A stretch of DNA of 64,000 bases from Eledone cirrhosa (Eukaryota), in the NCBI GenBank assembly GCA_964016885.1, contig OZ024741.1, forward strand, positions 46,438,001-46,502,000. Reading direction: 5' to 3'. Below, piece after piece: positions 30,342-42,691 of the stretch (its first letter is position 1; each line of letters starts with the position of its first letter). Below the pieces are notes generated by a model, which had not been told where the DNA came from, did no database searches, and saw only the letters and a list, made by a program, of their open reading frames with translations. Made by a program: the position numbers and the translations under genes.

Positions 30342-30343
<2 letters not shown>
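29876..30343 (-). mobile_element. Penelope-like end with partial tandem repeat
   Basis: Direct repeat 29876-29968 / 30252-30342 and a degenerate minus-strand core CTGATGA-AAGAC tagc GTCC-GAAG. Confidence 0.45.
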
Positions 30344-30373
<30 letters not shown>

Positions 30374-30380
30374 TTTTTAT

Positions 30381-30608
30381 TATTAAAATAACAGATTAAA
30401 GTTTAAGCAAAGAATCGCTGCTTTCACCCTTAACGGGATCTTCTGAGTTTCAGAAGATCCCGTTAAGGGTGAAAGCAGCGATTCTTTGCTTAAACTTTAA
30501 TCTGTTATTTTAATATATGTTTGCTCTACGGTTCTTATATATTTGATATATATTTATCCTTATCGAGCCCTCTTTGGATTTTAGTCTTCAAATTTATTAT
30601 TATTACTA
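30381..30608. mobile_element. Second copy of the 7460-7701 fold-back family
   Basis: Same arms, with centre TTCTGAGTTTCAGAA. Confidence 0.75.
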
Positions 30609-30702
30609 TATATATATATATATAACTCACGGTTGGGTGCGGATGCATTCATGTATATGTGTGTGTCCGCATGTATCTGTGTGTTTCTAAATATATTGTT
30701 AA

Positions 30703-30746
<44 letters not shown>

Positions 30747-31055
30747 TGAAGAGGCAGGCTGCGTGGTTACTGAAAACGAAGTGTTAGAAAGTAAACGGGA
30801 TGTAAACAAGAAAAGAAAAGTATCCCTTCATCAGCTGTTTACTACAGATCTTAGATGTTTCGGCGCTTAAAACAGAACATCGAACTGTAGCGTGCCCTTG
30901 GCCTTTTATCGATCAAAAGACCAAAAGGGAAAGAAGTGATAGTGAAGAGAGAGGAAGAAGAAAAAAGGATAAGAGGAAAAAACGAAGTAAACATACCGAT
31001 AGAATTTGTGACACAGGACAATGGCACATGTAGGTAAGTAACAGAAAAGAAAGTG

Positions 31056-31168
<113 letters not shown>

Positions 31169-31544
31169 AATATATATATATACGTATATATGTATATTTA
31201 TGTATGTATACATTACTTATATATGTGTGTGTGCGTGTGTGTATGTGCGTGTGTGTGTGTGTATGAGCATGTGTAACTAAGACCGTCGATTTCCTTAACT
31301 TGAATATAAATACATCTAGAACAAACCAAAGCTATCCACGAACACAAGCAAAACATACAAAACCTCATATACAGGACGCATACCACCGAAGAAAAACTAA
31401 AATCTCACATTTCTTTCTAAACCATGTCCCAACCTTCTAAATCATGATCTACTCATCGCGGCAAAACAACCATCGATCTGCACCAATTATTGGTATAGGG
31501 ATGACGCCTGTCATTAGGTTTCAGTCGTCGTGTCGTCGTATCGA

Positions 31545-31985
31545 TAATAATTGTTTCTACTTTTGGCACAAGGCCAGCAATTACCCAATGCATTACTGGT
31601 ACTTTATTTTATCGACCCCGTAAGGATGAAAGGTAAAGTGAACCTCGGCGGGATTTGAACTCAAACCATAAAGAGCCGTAACACTTTGCTGCAAAGCATG
31701 GCGTCAGACCCTCTACCGATACTGCCAATCCATGGTTTCTGCCAATCGACTATAAATAATGGTTTCTTATATAGGCACAATGCCAGCAATTTTGGGGGAG
31801 GAGAAAGTCGATTAAATCAACCCCAGTGCGTGACTGGTACTTTATTTTATCGAACCCGCAAGGATGAACGGTAAAGTTAACCTCGGCGGGATTTGAACTC
31901 AGATCATAAAGAGCGGTAACTCTATGCTGCAAAGCATGGTGTCCGACCCTCTACCGATACTGCCAATCGACTATAAATAATAGTT
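31545..31985 (-). mobile_element. Two tandem family A SINEs
   Basis: Two consecutive copies homologous to 6412-6600. Confidence 0.75.
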
Positions 31986-32427
31986 TTAAAAATTGGGTAA
32001 AATACACTTAGAAACGGAAGAAAATGGACAGAAACGCCTGCGATGAATCAAACTACGACCTCATTACGTAATTGTCATAGAACTCGAATATAACCAATAT
32101 AATCCTTAGAATCTACGTCCAACCCATATTCCTTAGAAGCCTGACACACACTGACGCTAACCACATACCCAACCACCATCACCTGATTGACCCAACCGTG
32201 ATCCTACAATTATCCATCGATCTAATCGAAATCCCAACAATATTGGGGAGGGTCATGTCTTTTTAACAATATTTATTTTTAACCTGCTCTATAAAAACCT
32301 TACCGAGTTACTAATGCTGCCATGCCTCAATATTTGGCTAGAAAAACACGTCTTTAGCCATTGGTTTTGGCAATCCAGCTGGAGGCAATAGGCAGCTAAA
32401 TCAAAACTAAAACCCCTAGTTTTATTG

Positions 32428-33191
32428 TACGAGGTTCGGCTGAAATGTTCATAAGTTGACTATGGTGGAGTGATTCTAGAGCTGTGAAATCTTACATGCT
32501 TTAATTTGAACTCTTCTTGTTAATAACTGCATTGTTTCTTTCCAGGGACTATGTTGCAAAATAAACCTCATATGGTCATTCCATGAGAGTATCTTGGTCA
32601 GCCCATGAAAGAGTGATGCTAGAGCTGTGAAATCTTGCATGGATTTATTTCAACTCTTCTTATTAATAACTGCATTGTTTTTTTTCCAATGTTGAAAAAT
32701 AAACTTCATTTGGTCATTCCATGAGAGTATCTTGGTCAGCCTATGAAGGAGTGATGCTACAGCTGTGAAATCTTACATGGATTTATTTCAACTTTTCTTA
32801 TTAATAACTGCATTGTTTCTTTCCAGGGACTATGTTGCAAAATAAACCTCATATGGTCATTCCATGAGAGTATCTTGGTCAGCCTATGAAGGAGTGATGC
32901 TACAGCTGTGAAATCTTACATGGATTTATTTCAACTTTTCTTATTAATAACTGCATTGTTTCTTTCCAGGGACTATGTTGAAAAATAAACCTCATATGGT
33001 CATTCCATGAGAGTATCTTGGTCAGCCTATGAAGGAGTGATGCTACAGCTGTGAAATCTTACATGGATTTATTTCAACTTTTCTTATTAATAACTGCATT
33101 GTTTCTTTCCAGGGACTATGTTGAAAAATAAACCTTATTTGGTCATTCCATGAGAGTGTCTTGGTCAGCTTATGAACTTTTCAACCGACCC
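32428..33191. mobile_element. Mariner-like MITE with internal ~120-bp tandem array
   Basis: Left TA-CGAGGTTCGGCTGAAATGTTCATAAGTTGAC and right GTCAGCTTATGAACTTTTCAACCGACC. About 6 tandem units start GGAGTGATGCTACAGCTGTGAAATC. Confidence 0.7.
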
Positions 33192-33483
33192 GCCATTGTT
33201 CATTTTAGGGATTACGTTTAAATAATTAATCTTACTGACATTGCAACCATTCCTGTTCGCCTCCAGAATATCAGGATATATTTTACGAAGTAAATTTTCG
33301 AAGTGTCTGTAGTTGGCAACACAATTATTATCTATGTTCCTACAACACTCACTGCTTAATCAGACCTAGCTTCTTTAACTTCCACGACCCTACTAGAAAA
33401 ACAAGGTAATCCAGCAGGAGTGAACTACATTGATGAACGGTGAAATGCGCGTAACTGATATCGAGTAATCAATATATATATAC

Positions 33484-33556
<73 letters not shown>

Positions 33557-33719
33557 TTTGTGTGTGTATATTTATAAATGACTGAAACCAATAAAAAATA
33601 ATTATACACATATGTAGAAATAAGAATGTCTACATACGTGTATGTATGTATATAGATAGATGAATAGATAGATAGATAGATAGATAGATGAATAGATAGA
33701 TAGATAGATAGATAGATGA

Positions 33720-33778
<59 letters not shown>

Positions 33779-34041
33779 TGTTTCTTTTATTTGCCACAAG
33801 GGCATCAAAAGTGGGACAAGTACAATGGGGGGAGTTTACAAAACAAGGCGTCCTCAATAGGGAGGAGGCAATAACAATATATAAAAATAAAATAAAATAT
33901 AACAAAAAATAGAATTATAACAAAATCCTCAATAGAGAGGAGGCGCTTTGGGGGGTCGCACACACCCCCGAAAAAAGTGTGCAACCCTTTTCCTCAGGAG
34001 CACAGAGAGGGGGTGCTCCCTCGTTCCTTCCTCTTTTCCAC

Positions 34042-37000
34042 CTACAGGCTCATGTAAAGAGAAGGCCCATTCACACGGGCCATTCTCGCCACTTTCACCC
34101 ACCTTTCATAAAAACGACTGGGGTGCAGCACCTCTCTCTCCATCCTGATCCTTCTTCCGAAATGATATCGGAAGAAACGGACCAGTTGTTGGCCAGAGAG
34201 AAAGGTGCCTGACCTCAGTCCTTTCAGACGCGTCCACCATACAACCTCTTTCGCCATGGCTATTACGCACAGAAACACCGCCTCTGCTTCATCTTTGAAG
34301 GGGGGAGGCGGCTTGATCATTACAATAGACTCGGTGGTCAACCGGATCGGTCCCACCCTTGACAGCAGTTGTTCGACATAGCCCCACAGATCGGCTACGC
34401 CCGAGCAGTGTACCAATGCGTGTGCAACGGTTTCCTCGTCGCACACGCATCTGGGACAGATCTTTTTGGCGGGGTCCCTACTCGGGCGCCCGTGTCTGTA
34501 GAGCCTTTCTCGAACGGGTAAAGCTCCTCGGTAGCACTGCCAGGCCAGGGACTTCTGGAAGTTGTCCATAGGTCCCGGGCTGAATGTCCTACCGAACAGG
34601 CTGGCCAGTTCGTCCTCCTCCATGTCTAGGGCTTCTCCGAGGGCGTCGTCGCACCTGCTGCGTACCAGCCCTCTATAGAATGTTTCGGTGGAGTCTCCAC
34701 TGATAACCGGATCCGCTTGCCAGAGGGCGGTGAGCGCCTGGGCACACTCAGTGTGCGAGGCGCCCCGTTTTCTCGGTCTTTGCTTGACCCAGGATTGCAG
34801 CTCGGTGAGTGAGACGAGTCTGGGAAAGGTTCGTCTCACAAACGAGGCCCACACCGGTTGTCCGGTGAGGAATACGTAGAGGTGCCGTAGCCTTAATGCG
34901 TGTTTACGCATCATTAGCCACGGCATCCCCAGCCCTCCTTTCGAAGGGTGTTGACAGCAGATGGATCTCCTCACCATAGGAGCCCGCCTCTTCCAAAGGA
35001 ATTGGAAGAGCGCGCGCTCCATCTTGGTGAGGGTTTCCCTTGGGCAGGGCACTACGGTCAGGCGGTAGTAGATGACGGACGCTATGTAGGTGTTCGCCAC
35101 CTCCGCCCGACCTTTCAGGGATAGTTTGCAACTGGCCCACTTCTGGGTCAGTGCAAACACCCTGTTCGTAACCTCCGCCCAGTTTTTCTCCACCTGGAGG
35201 TCCGGTCCGAACCAGACCCCGAGCAACTTCACCGGGCCCTCCGTCCAGCGTCCGACGACGCCATCGGAGGGCATCGGTCTGCCCCTCCACGTGCCGAGTT
35301 GCAAACCGATCGACTTGTCCCGGTTCAGCTTAGCCCCTGTGAACTTTTCGTACTCCTCCAGTAAGGTGCCGACCGCCTCGATTTCGGAGGCCGTCGACAC
35401 CATTACTGTCACGTCATCGGCGTAGGCCGACACCGCTTTCCGCAATCCCGGTTCCAAAGGGATGCCCTGCAACAACTCCAACTTCCGCAGTAGTGGCTCG
35501 AGAGTCAACACATACAGAAGGGAGGAGAGAGGGCACCCTTGTCGGATGGACCGCGCGATTTTGAACGGCTCCGAGAGGTAGCCGTTCACCTTGACCCTAG
35601 AGCAGATGCGGCTGCTGTGCATAGCAGTGATCCAGCCCCTGAAAACGGGTCCGAAGCCTGCCGCCGCTAGCACCGCATCCAGGTAACCATGGTCGACCCT
35701 ATCGAACGCCTTAGATTGATCCAAGTTGATCAGAGCCCCACCAAAGCCGGGTTCGTTCCCAACCCTCTCTATGATGTATCGCATGAGGTGGAGGTTGTCA
35801 TGGATGGACCTGGACGGGATAGCGCATGTCTGCGCATCTCCCACCAGGTTGCCCACGACAAGCGCCAACCTCTTTGCTAGCACCTTGGCCAAAATCTGTA
35901 ACTCTGTATTTAGCAGAGTTATGGGCCTGAAATTATTTATATCGTCCCCCTTGTTCTCGTCCTTCCTCACTAGCGTGACTACGCCCTTGGTCACAGTACA
36001 GGGAATTCTCCCGTTCTGTCGCCAGTTGCAGTAGACCGCCTCGAGGAGATCGGGGAACAAGTCCGGCATAGCTAGATATAATTCGTAAAGAAGACCATCG
36101 AGACCCGGGGATTTGCGTTTGCCGCATTGGCTCAGCACGTCCTCTATCTCAGCGGCCGAAATCGGCTCCTCGCAGGACTTCGCCTCCCTGTCCGAGAGGC
36201 GCGGCAGGCCGTCGAGGTATGGACCGAAGTCCACGTTCCCAACCGGCTCCCCGCCCCTCCTGAACAGTCGGGCAAAGTGCCTTTGAAAGGCCTCACACAT
36301 CTGCTTAGGCTCAAGAATCGCCCGTCCATCCAGGTCTCGCAAAGACCGGATGGTGGATTTAGTTCCACTGTTGGCCTCTGTCACGCGGGCCCAGCTAACA
36401 GCTTTGGTCCCCTCGTTCCCTAGAGCACGTATTTTACTTCGGACAACGCAGCCTTCGTGCTTCGCGTCGAAAAACTGGCTCAAAGCCGTTCTCGACGCTA
36501 GCACTCTGGCCACGTCGCCGCTTCTAATTGCCTCTTCTACTCTATCTATTAGCTCCCTTTCCTTCCTATTCCTATCCGCAGCTAGAACCTTACTAAATTC
36601 TATCGAGACTACTCTAATCTCTCTCTTTAGAGATACCCACCACCTGCTGTTGACGATCGCTCCAGTCAACCGTTCCTTAACTAACGTACTAATCCGATTC
36701 CTGTAGGCTCTACTTGCCGGCAAGGACAAGTTGAGCTTCCAGTAACCGGGGCCCTGTCTATGAGTTCTGTCAAGGTTGACCATGCAGGTCACTAATTTGT
36801 GGTCTGAATAGCCAACCATGCGCATTTTTGGACAACTTAAAAAGTCCTTATCCTTAATTCTAACTAAGAACCTATCTAGGTACGACCTAGATGATCCGCT
36901 ACGATTTGCCCAAGTCCAGGCTGGCGCAGTCGGAAAATCTAGTCGATATCTATCGGCCAGGTCAAATCGACCGATTAACCCTTTGAGGCTATTACACCCC

Positions 37001-37479
37001 TCTCTATCGGGGCAGGCCCCTACGTAGTCCCAGCGTGCATCTAGGATACCATTCCAGTCCCCCACTAATAGCAAGGAGCGGGACGTCCCTAGAAAAGTCT
37101 CCAGACGATGGAAGAAGTCCGGCCGCATTGACCCGAAAGGGCCGTAGGCGGCTACCAACCTAAACGCTCCGCCTTTACCACTGCCAAAGTCCAGAACCAC
37201 TAGTCGACCCTCCGGGTCCAAATGTACCATCTGTGTTGCGAGACCCAGATGTTTTTGCAGCAGAACGACAACTCCACCCCCACCTCCGGGCTGACAGAGA
37301 GATGCGTGCATCTCAAAGTCATCAAAGGCGGGGGCCAGCTGTCGCACGTTGCTGATCCGGGCCTCGCAAATAACCATCACATCTATACGTTGTGACCTGA
37401 GGTCATTTAGAAGCATTGCTTGCTTCCAAGTTGAGCCCAGGCCACGCGCATTTAAACAGCCTACTCTTAGCATAGCCAT
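34042..37479 (-). CDS. Tx1-type ORF2: APE endonuclease, reverse transcriptase and C-terminal zinc finger (intact frame)
   Basis: CLNARGL, VGDWN, YLDRF, YSDH, SPGLDG, FRPITLLN, KAFDRV, RQGCPLS, YADDV, CPRC..EETVAHALVHC. Probable ATG at 37479. Confidence 0.93.
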   Translation of the reverse strand: MAMLRVGCLNARGLGSTWKQAMLLNDLRSQRIDVMVICEARISNVRQLAPAFDDFEMHASLCQPGGGGGVVVLLQKHLGLATQMVHLDPEGRLVVLDFGSGKGGAFRLVAAYGPFGSMRPDFFHRLETFLGTSRSLLLVGDWNGILDARWDYVGACPDREGCNSLKGLIGRFDLADRYRLDFPTAPAWTWANRSGSSRSYLDRFLVRIKDKDFLSCPKMRMVGYSDHKLVTCMVNLDRTHRQGPGYWKLNLSLPASRAYRNRISTLVKERLTGAIVNSRWWVSLKREIRVVSIEFSKVLAADRNRKERELIDRVEEAIRSGDVARVLASRTALSQFFDAKHEGCVVRSKIRALGNEGTKAVSWARVTEANSGTKSTIRSLRDLDGRAILEPKQMCEAFQRHFARLFRRGGEPVGNVDFGPYLDGLPRLSDREAKSCEEPISAAEIEDVLSQCGKRKSPGLDGLLYELYLAMPDLFPDLLEAVYCNWRQNGRIPCTVTKGVVTLVRKDENKGDDINNFRPITLLNTELQILAKVLAKRLALVVGNLVGDAQTCAIPSRSIHDNLHLMRYIIERVGNEPGFGGALINLDQSKAFDRVDHGYLDAVLAAAGFGPVFRGWITAMHSSRICSRVKVNGYLSEPFKIARSIRQGCPLSSLLYVLTLEPLLRKLELLQGIPLEPGLRKAVSAYADDVTVMVSTASEIEAVGTLLEEYEKFTGAKLNRDKSIGLQLGTWRGRPMPSDGVVGRWTEGPVKLLGVWFGPDLQVEKNWAEVTNRVFALTQKWASCKLSLKGRAEVANTYIASVIYYRLTVVPCPRETLTKMERALFQFLWKRRAPMVRRSICCQHPSKGGLGMPWLMMRKHALRLRHLYVFLTGQPVWASFVRRTFPRLVSLTELQSWVKQRPRKRGASHTECAQALTALWQADPVISGDSTETFYRGLVRSRCDDALGEALDMEEDELASLFGRTFSPGPMDNFQKSLAWQCYRGALPVRERLYRHGRPSRDPAKKICPRCVCDEETVAHALVHCSGVADLWGYVEQLLSRVGPIRLTTESIVMIKPPPPFKDEAEAVFLCVIAMAKEVVWWTRLKGLRSGTFLSGQQLVRFFRYHFGRRIRMEREVLHPSRFYERWVKVARMARVNGPSLYMSL

Positions 37480-37503
37480 GTTGGTGGTGAAGAGAAAAGG
37501 CAC

Positions 37504-39297
37504 TTACCTCTCTGCGTCCCGGGTATCGGGCTGCACAATTTCCATTAGGGTGGGGGATGGGTTGTTGGGTGGGGTGGTGGTTTGTGGAAGTGTGGGGGCA
37601 TCAGTGTGTTGTGTGGTTGGGGAGCTTGGAGTTGTGTGGGTGTTTGGGGAGGGGGTGGGATAGTTTTTTAGGAGGACGCGGTTAATGGGCCCGACGCAGG
37701 GGGGACCCACGTCCTCTTTAAAATTGTTTTTTAAAGTTTTATAGGTGTCCTGTGGGGCCTTAATCATTTTGAGGTGGGGGAAATCCCCTGCCTGGGTGAA
37801 GTTAGGCCCTTGTGTTTTTATTAGATTGTTGTTGTACACAATGTTTAACAGTTTTTTGTTTCTTGTGTTTATGTATGTGTATGCATGTTTTTGTTTTTGT
37901 GTGGTGTTTTTTGTTTGCTGTTGTTGTGAGCTCTTTTGTGTTGGTGTCAGTGTTATGTTTTGGGGAGGGTTTTTTTTCATTTGTGTGTCTGAGGTGTGTT
38001 TTCTTTTTTTTTCTTTTGATTGTGTGGAAGTGCTCCTCCTCGTCTGACGACGAACTAGGGTCATCTTCCGCGTTGGAGGGGATGGGTATATTTTCGGGTT
38101 GTGTTTGTGGTACGGGTGTTTTGGAAATTGTTTTTGTTTTTTGAGTGGAGGGGATGGGTTGGACATTGTTTTGTTTTGGTTTGAGCTGTGGTGGTTGTTT
38201 TTGTAGTGGTAGTTGTGGTGATTGTGTTGGTTGTGCAGTTGGTGGTGGTGTAGGCAGGATTGGGGTTTTCTTATTAAGTTGGGGACAGACAGCCCTCAGG
38301 TGACCTCTGGTTCCGCAGAGGTAACACGAGGGCCGTCTACCCTCAACGGTAATGTTGATGAAGGTTAGATCATCCAGTATGACGCGTTCAGGGATCTGGG
38401 CGATATTTCGGGCCTCATTTGAACTACAAGTTCGAGGCTCGTTCCACTGAACGCGTCACCCGATGCCTTTCCCATGGACACCAGCATGTCATCCTCCAGG
38501 TCCAGAAAACCTGTCAAAACCCACCATATGTCCATAATCGGCAGGATGGTGTGGATTTTTATTTGTTGTGTTCTTCTACCCATGTACGTAGGGTAGAAGG
38601 TGTATGCGGTGGATGTGATTGGTTTGATGGACAGTTTCACTGCTGTGTCCCTGTCCTTCATGAGAATGGATAGACTCCCGTAGAGTCTATCCTTCTGAAT
38701 GAAGGTGATGTCCTTCATGACGTCTTTTAAAACCAGCTCTATCTCGCTCTGTGATGGTTGAGCTGGTTTTTTACTTTTGTTCGAGATTGTCCTAAACATG
38801 ACCGTGTTTAGGAGTCTCTGGCTTTTTAGTTCCGGGGGGGAATGGATTGTGAATGAACCATTTTCTCCGTACACTATATATTTTTTCGCATCCGCCAGTA
38901 GCTCCTTCGCTTTTGTTATATCTACTGGCAGATAGTCGAGGGTTTTCCTTGTCGTCTCGGCGAAGGAGAAATTTTGTTTGTTTGTGTTGTTGTTGTCGTT
39001 GGTGGTGTTGTTGTTATCATTGTTGTTGTTGTCACCGTTATTGGTCTTGTTTTTGTTGTTATTGTTATTGTTATTGGTGTTGCTTTCGTCCGTCGCATTG
39101 TTGTTGTTGTTGCTGTTGCTGCTGGTTCTTTGGGTTGTTGCCATGGCAACGTCAAGTTGTCGGTTAACAGGTGGAGAGAATTCTTCCTCTGGCTGACCTT
39201 TCTTCTTGACCTCTGCTACTGTGACAGTGGCAGGGGGAAGCTGTAAGTTCATCTTCCCCTTTCCTCCTTCGAATTTTGGTGAAGAAGCTTCGGCCAT
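37504..39297 (-). pseudogene. Tx1 ORF1 (CCHC zinc-knuckle protein) with two apparent frameshifts
   Basis: The 310-aa frame shifts near 38405 into ...VEGRRPSCYLCGTRGHLRAVCP (CX2CX4HX4C at ~38285-38326, not in the ORF track). It then shifts again into the 37504-38166 frame. Confidence 0.75.
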
Positions 39298-39515
39298 TTA
39301 AAAAAATATTGACTTTTCAACAAGAAAAAACTTTTTTTTTTTTGTTTAACTATTTCGCCTAAAGGCGTAGAATATTTTGAGAGACTGACCAGATCAAAGT
39401 TTGACCTGGCAGTCCCTCTACAAAATGGTACAAAAATTAAAGTTATCAGACAAGAATTTCTATAGAAATTTAAACAGAACTTACTCAGCAAGTTATACGC
39501 GTGTGTCCATCCCAG

Positions 39516-39611
<96 letters not shown>

Positions 39612-39972
39612 AATATTTTTGTTCTTGCAGAACCCTATCCAATAACATAATACAACTGTAAATTAACCAAAAACACTCTAGGCAAATTACAATTACCCAA
39701 ATATACAAATTAATGTATTAAAACCCTCCACTATTCTCATACTAAGAGGACGAATCTCATCAGGCCACAATAGCCCTCAATATTTCGTTTATCTCAAATT
39801 GTACCTACTAGATCGATTCGAAAGATATACTCTGTAGTGTACTAAACACTTAATCCTAACAGAAAAAAAACCTTCGTACCAGAGACCTTTCAACGAGGTA
39901 CTGAGGCCGTGCATAAATACGGACATCCTTTCTCAAAACCATGATGATGCAGCATCAATCCTACTGTATGTC

Positions 39973-40051
<79 letters not shown>

Positions 40052-40499
40052 AAATGTTATATACATATAAACTAGACAAAGTCATAGATACATATATATG
40101 TTTTTGGGAACCATTCACGGTGTGGCTCAATGAAGAATTAATTAAATAATTAATAATCAGAGCAATATATAAAAAAGTAAGTCCATATCATTAGATAAAA
40201 AGTAAGTCCAATCATTAGATAAAATATATACAGTATTTCTCCTCCCAATCAGTATAAATCAACCACACAAAAAATCATTTAAACGAGGCTATAAGTTTAA
40301 AATGTACTTATGAAGAAACAATAGATAAATGATATCGCTTCTTATCCGCGACTTACAGCTACACAAAATTTACCTAATATTTCTATTAGCCTGTAGAAAT
40401 TGACTAGACATATATAGTTAACTACACATAATTAGGTACAAAATCAAAGTTAGAAGAAATGTACATAAACCTACCAAACTTTTTATTGTATATAAATAT

Positions 40500-40710
40500 A
40501 TAGTAATAATAATAAATGTGAAGACTAAAATCCGAAGAGGGCTCAATAAGGATATTACATATATAAATATATATTAAAAAATCGTAGAGCAAATATTTAT
40601 TAAAATAACAGATTAAAGTTTAAGCAAAGAACCGCTGGTGTCACCCTTAGTTTCAGAACATCCCGTTAAGGATGAAAGCAGCGATTCTTTGCTTAAACTT
40701 TAATCTGTTA

Positions 40711-40717
<7 letters not shown>
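40500..40717. mobile_element. Third copy of the 7460-7701 fold-back family
   Basis: Same arms, more diverged. The inverted arm again starts AGTTTCAGAA. Confidence 0.7.
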
Positions 40718-40749
<32 letters not shown>

Positions 40750-40756
<7 letters not shown>

Positions 40757-41378
40757 AGAAAACGAAAAATCAGTGATGAATCTGGACTTAGTTTATTGCG
40801 TGTTACAAATGTTTCTCCGGCAGGTAGCTCGAGACATGGTCCTTGTACGGATCTGGCTGATTCTACATCTGCGGGTTCTTTCAGACACGGGTGTTTCGTC
40901 TGGAGCAAATGTTATCACTGGGGTGTTATCATCAAAAAACACCCTAAAAAAACCCTACTTCCACTCTTGTCATGCCATTGGCTGTTTTTACTCCACATCA
41001 TCACAAGTTCTGGTCAGTATCAGCAGCAGATACTGACCAGAACTTGTGATGATGTGGAGTAAAAACAGCCAATGGCATGACAAGAGTGGAAGTAGGGTTT
41101 TTTAGGGTGTTTTTTTATGATAACACCCCAGTGATAACATTTGCTCCAGACGAAACACCCGTGTCTGAAAGAACCCGCAGATGTAGAATCAGCCAGATCC
41201 GTACAAGGACCATGTCTCGAGCTACCTGCCGGAGAAACATTTGTAACACGCAATAAACTAAGTCCAGATGCACCACTGATTTTTCGTTTTCTTTATAATA
41301 TCTACACTCTACTCTGCGAATATCGAGTGCTAATTTTGGCATACCGCCTATGGAAGCACCATAGCTACCATTATACAC

Positions 41379-41382
<4 letters not shown>
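40750..41382. mobile_element. Long fold-back element (~270-bp arms) with hammerhead and tail
   Basis: Arms 40750-41021 / 41028-41299 with a 6-nt spacer and an ~80-nt tail to (TA)n. Diverged relative at 51360-51640. Confidence 0.8.
41160..41250 (+). ncRNA. Hammerhead motif with 1-nt core insertion and extended stem II
   Basis: CGTGT-CTGAAAGA-ACCCGCAG...CTGCCGGA-GAAAC-ATTT-GTA-ACACG, followed by AATAAA. Mirror copy at ~40799-40889 (-). Confidence 0.65.
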
Positions 41383-41421
<39 letters not shown>

Positions 41422-41424
<3 letters not shown>

Positions 41425-42373
41425 CGAAGGAAATGTGGTAAGGAACCAGGTGGACCATAACGCACCAAAGTACTCAATACTTAGGGTAGAAGAGTGGGTA
41501 ATAGGAACGAGTAGGACCCCGACGGCTGAGCTCAGGCCGTTTCGACGGCTAATTCTGGACTAAATGAAGTTTTTTATCCTGGTATATGAATAGCCGAGCT
41601 TCTCAGGGGGTAATTCCATATATGGTAAAAGTGATTGTCACAAGGATTGGTCAAAAGTTTTTTGTTGAGACACATAATTCTATCATGGCAATTTGTGGAA
41701 TGAAGGGGTAGCTGAACCTGCCAGTAGAAGAAAGAGGGAGAGGGGATGGAGGAAACCCAGTCATGCGTTGATAGTGCCAACTACAGCAGGGCAGGAGGTC
41801 AAGGAAGTATACTAGGGAGGGGGAGGGGAGGAAGTCGAAACAATAAATAAAACAATATGGGGTAAATATATAGAAAATATATAAACCTTTCTTTAGTCTA
41901 GCAGTACCAGTGAGAGACTTGATAGCTGTCCTTAGGTTATAGTAACAAGAAATTGTTTTTTTTTTATATTTAATTGTTTTTTAACATTCTCGGTATTTTT
42001 CTATATATTTATCCCATATTGTTTTATTTATTGTTTCGACTTCCTCCCCCTCCCCCTCCTTAGTATACTTCCTTGACCTCCTGCCCTGCTGTAGTTGGCA
42101 CTATCAACGCACGACTGGGTTTCCTCCATCCCCTCTCCCTCTTTTTTCTACTGGCAGGTTCAGCTACCCCTTCCTTCCACAAATTGCCATGATAGAATTA
42201 TGTGTCTCAACAACAAACTTTTGACCAATCTTTGTGACAATCACTTTTACCATATATGGAATTACCCCCTGAGAAGCTGGGCTATTCATATACCAGGATA
42301 AAAATGTTCATTTAGTGTATAATTAGCCGTCGAAACGGCCTGAGCTCAGCCGTCGGGGTCCTACTCGTTCCTA
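41422..42373. mobile_element. Inverted-arm Penelope-like element (~380-bp arms) with hammerhead-like motif
   Basis: Arms 41500-41880 / 41995-42373. Motif ACCCC-CTGAGAA...GAAA-CGGC ctgagctca GCCG-TC-GGGGT at ~42264-42359. Short relative at 48019-48204. Confidence 0.7.
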
Positions 42374-42691
42374 TATATATATATATATAATTCAGGATTA
42401 GAAAAAGAATCATGATTATGAACTTACATTTATTCCTTTATTTCTACATTCGTTTCTATAAGGTTCTAATGGTACATGTATTTGCAGAACATGGAAATTA
42501 TTAGTTAACAATTAACTACACCGTACATATTCATTAAAAAAAACAAGGTTTACAAACAAAAGAAGATTTAAGAACAAAAACAATATTAAAAAATAGAAAA
42601 AAGTATAAAAAACAGTTAGCGTAGAGCAAGCAGTTAGATTCAAAAGTCATATTATGTAGATGTATTTTTTTTAATATATTATGTAGATGGA

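Larger units (their letters stand above)
33778..39517 (-). mobile_element. Near full-length Tx1/L1-clade non-LTR retrotransposon inserted in (TATC)n
   Basis: ORF1 plus ORF2, AATAAA at the 3' end, and (GATA)n tracts directly abutting both ends (33652-33777, 39517-39610). Confidence 0.92.

Noticed and set aside
32455-33180. CRISPR-like array
   Set aside because: Whole units repeat with no unique spacers, there are no cas genes, and the context is eukaryotic.
34359-37027. Plus-strand and alternate-frame ORFs over Tx1 ORF2
   Set aside because: These are shadow frames of a GC-rich coding sequence.
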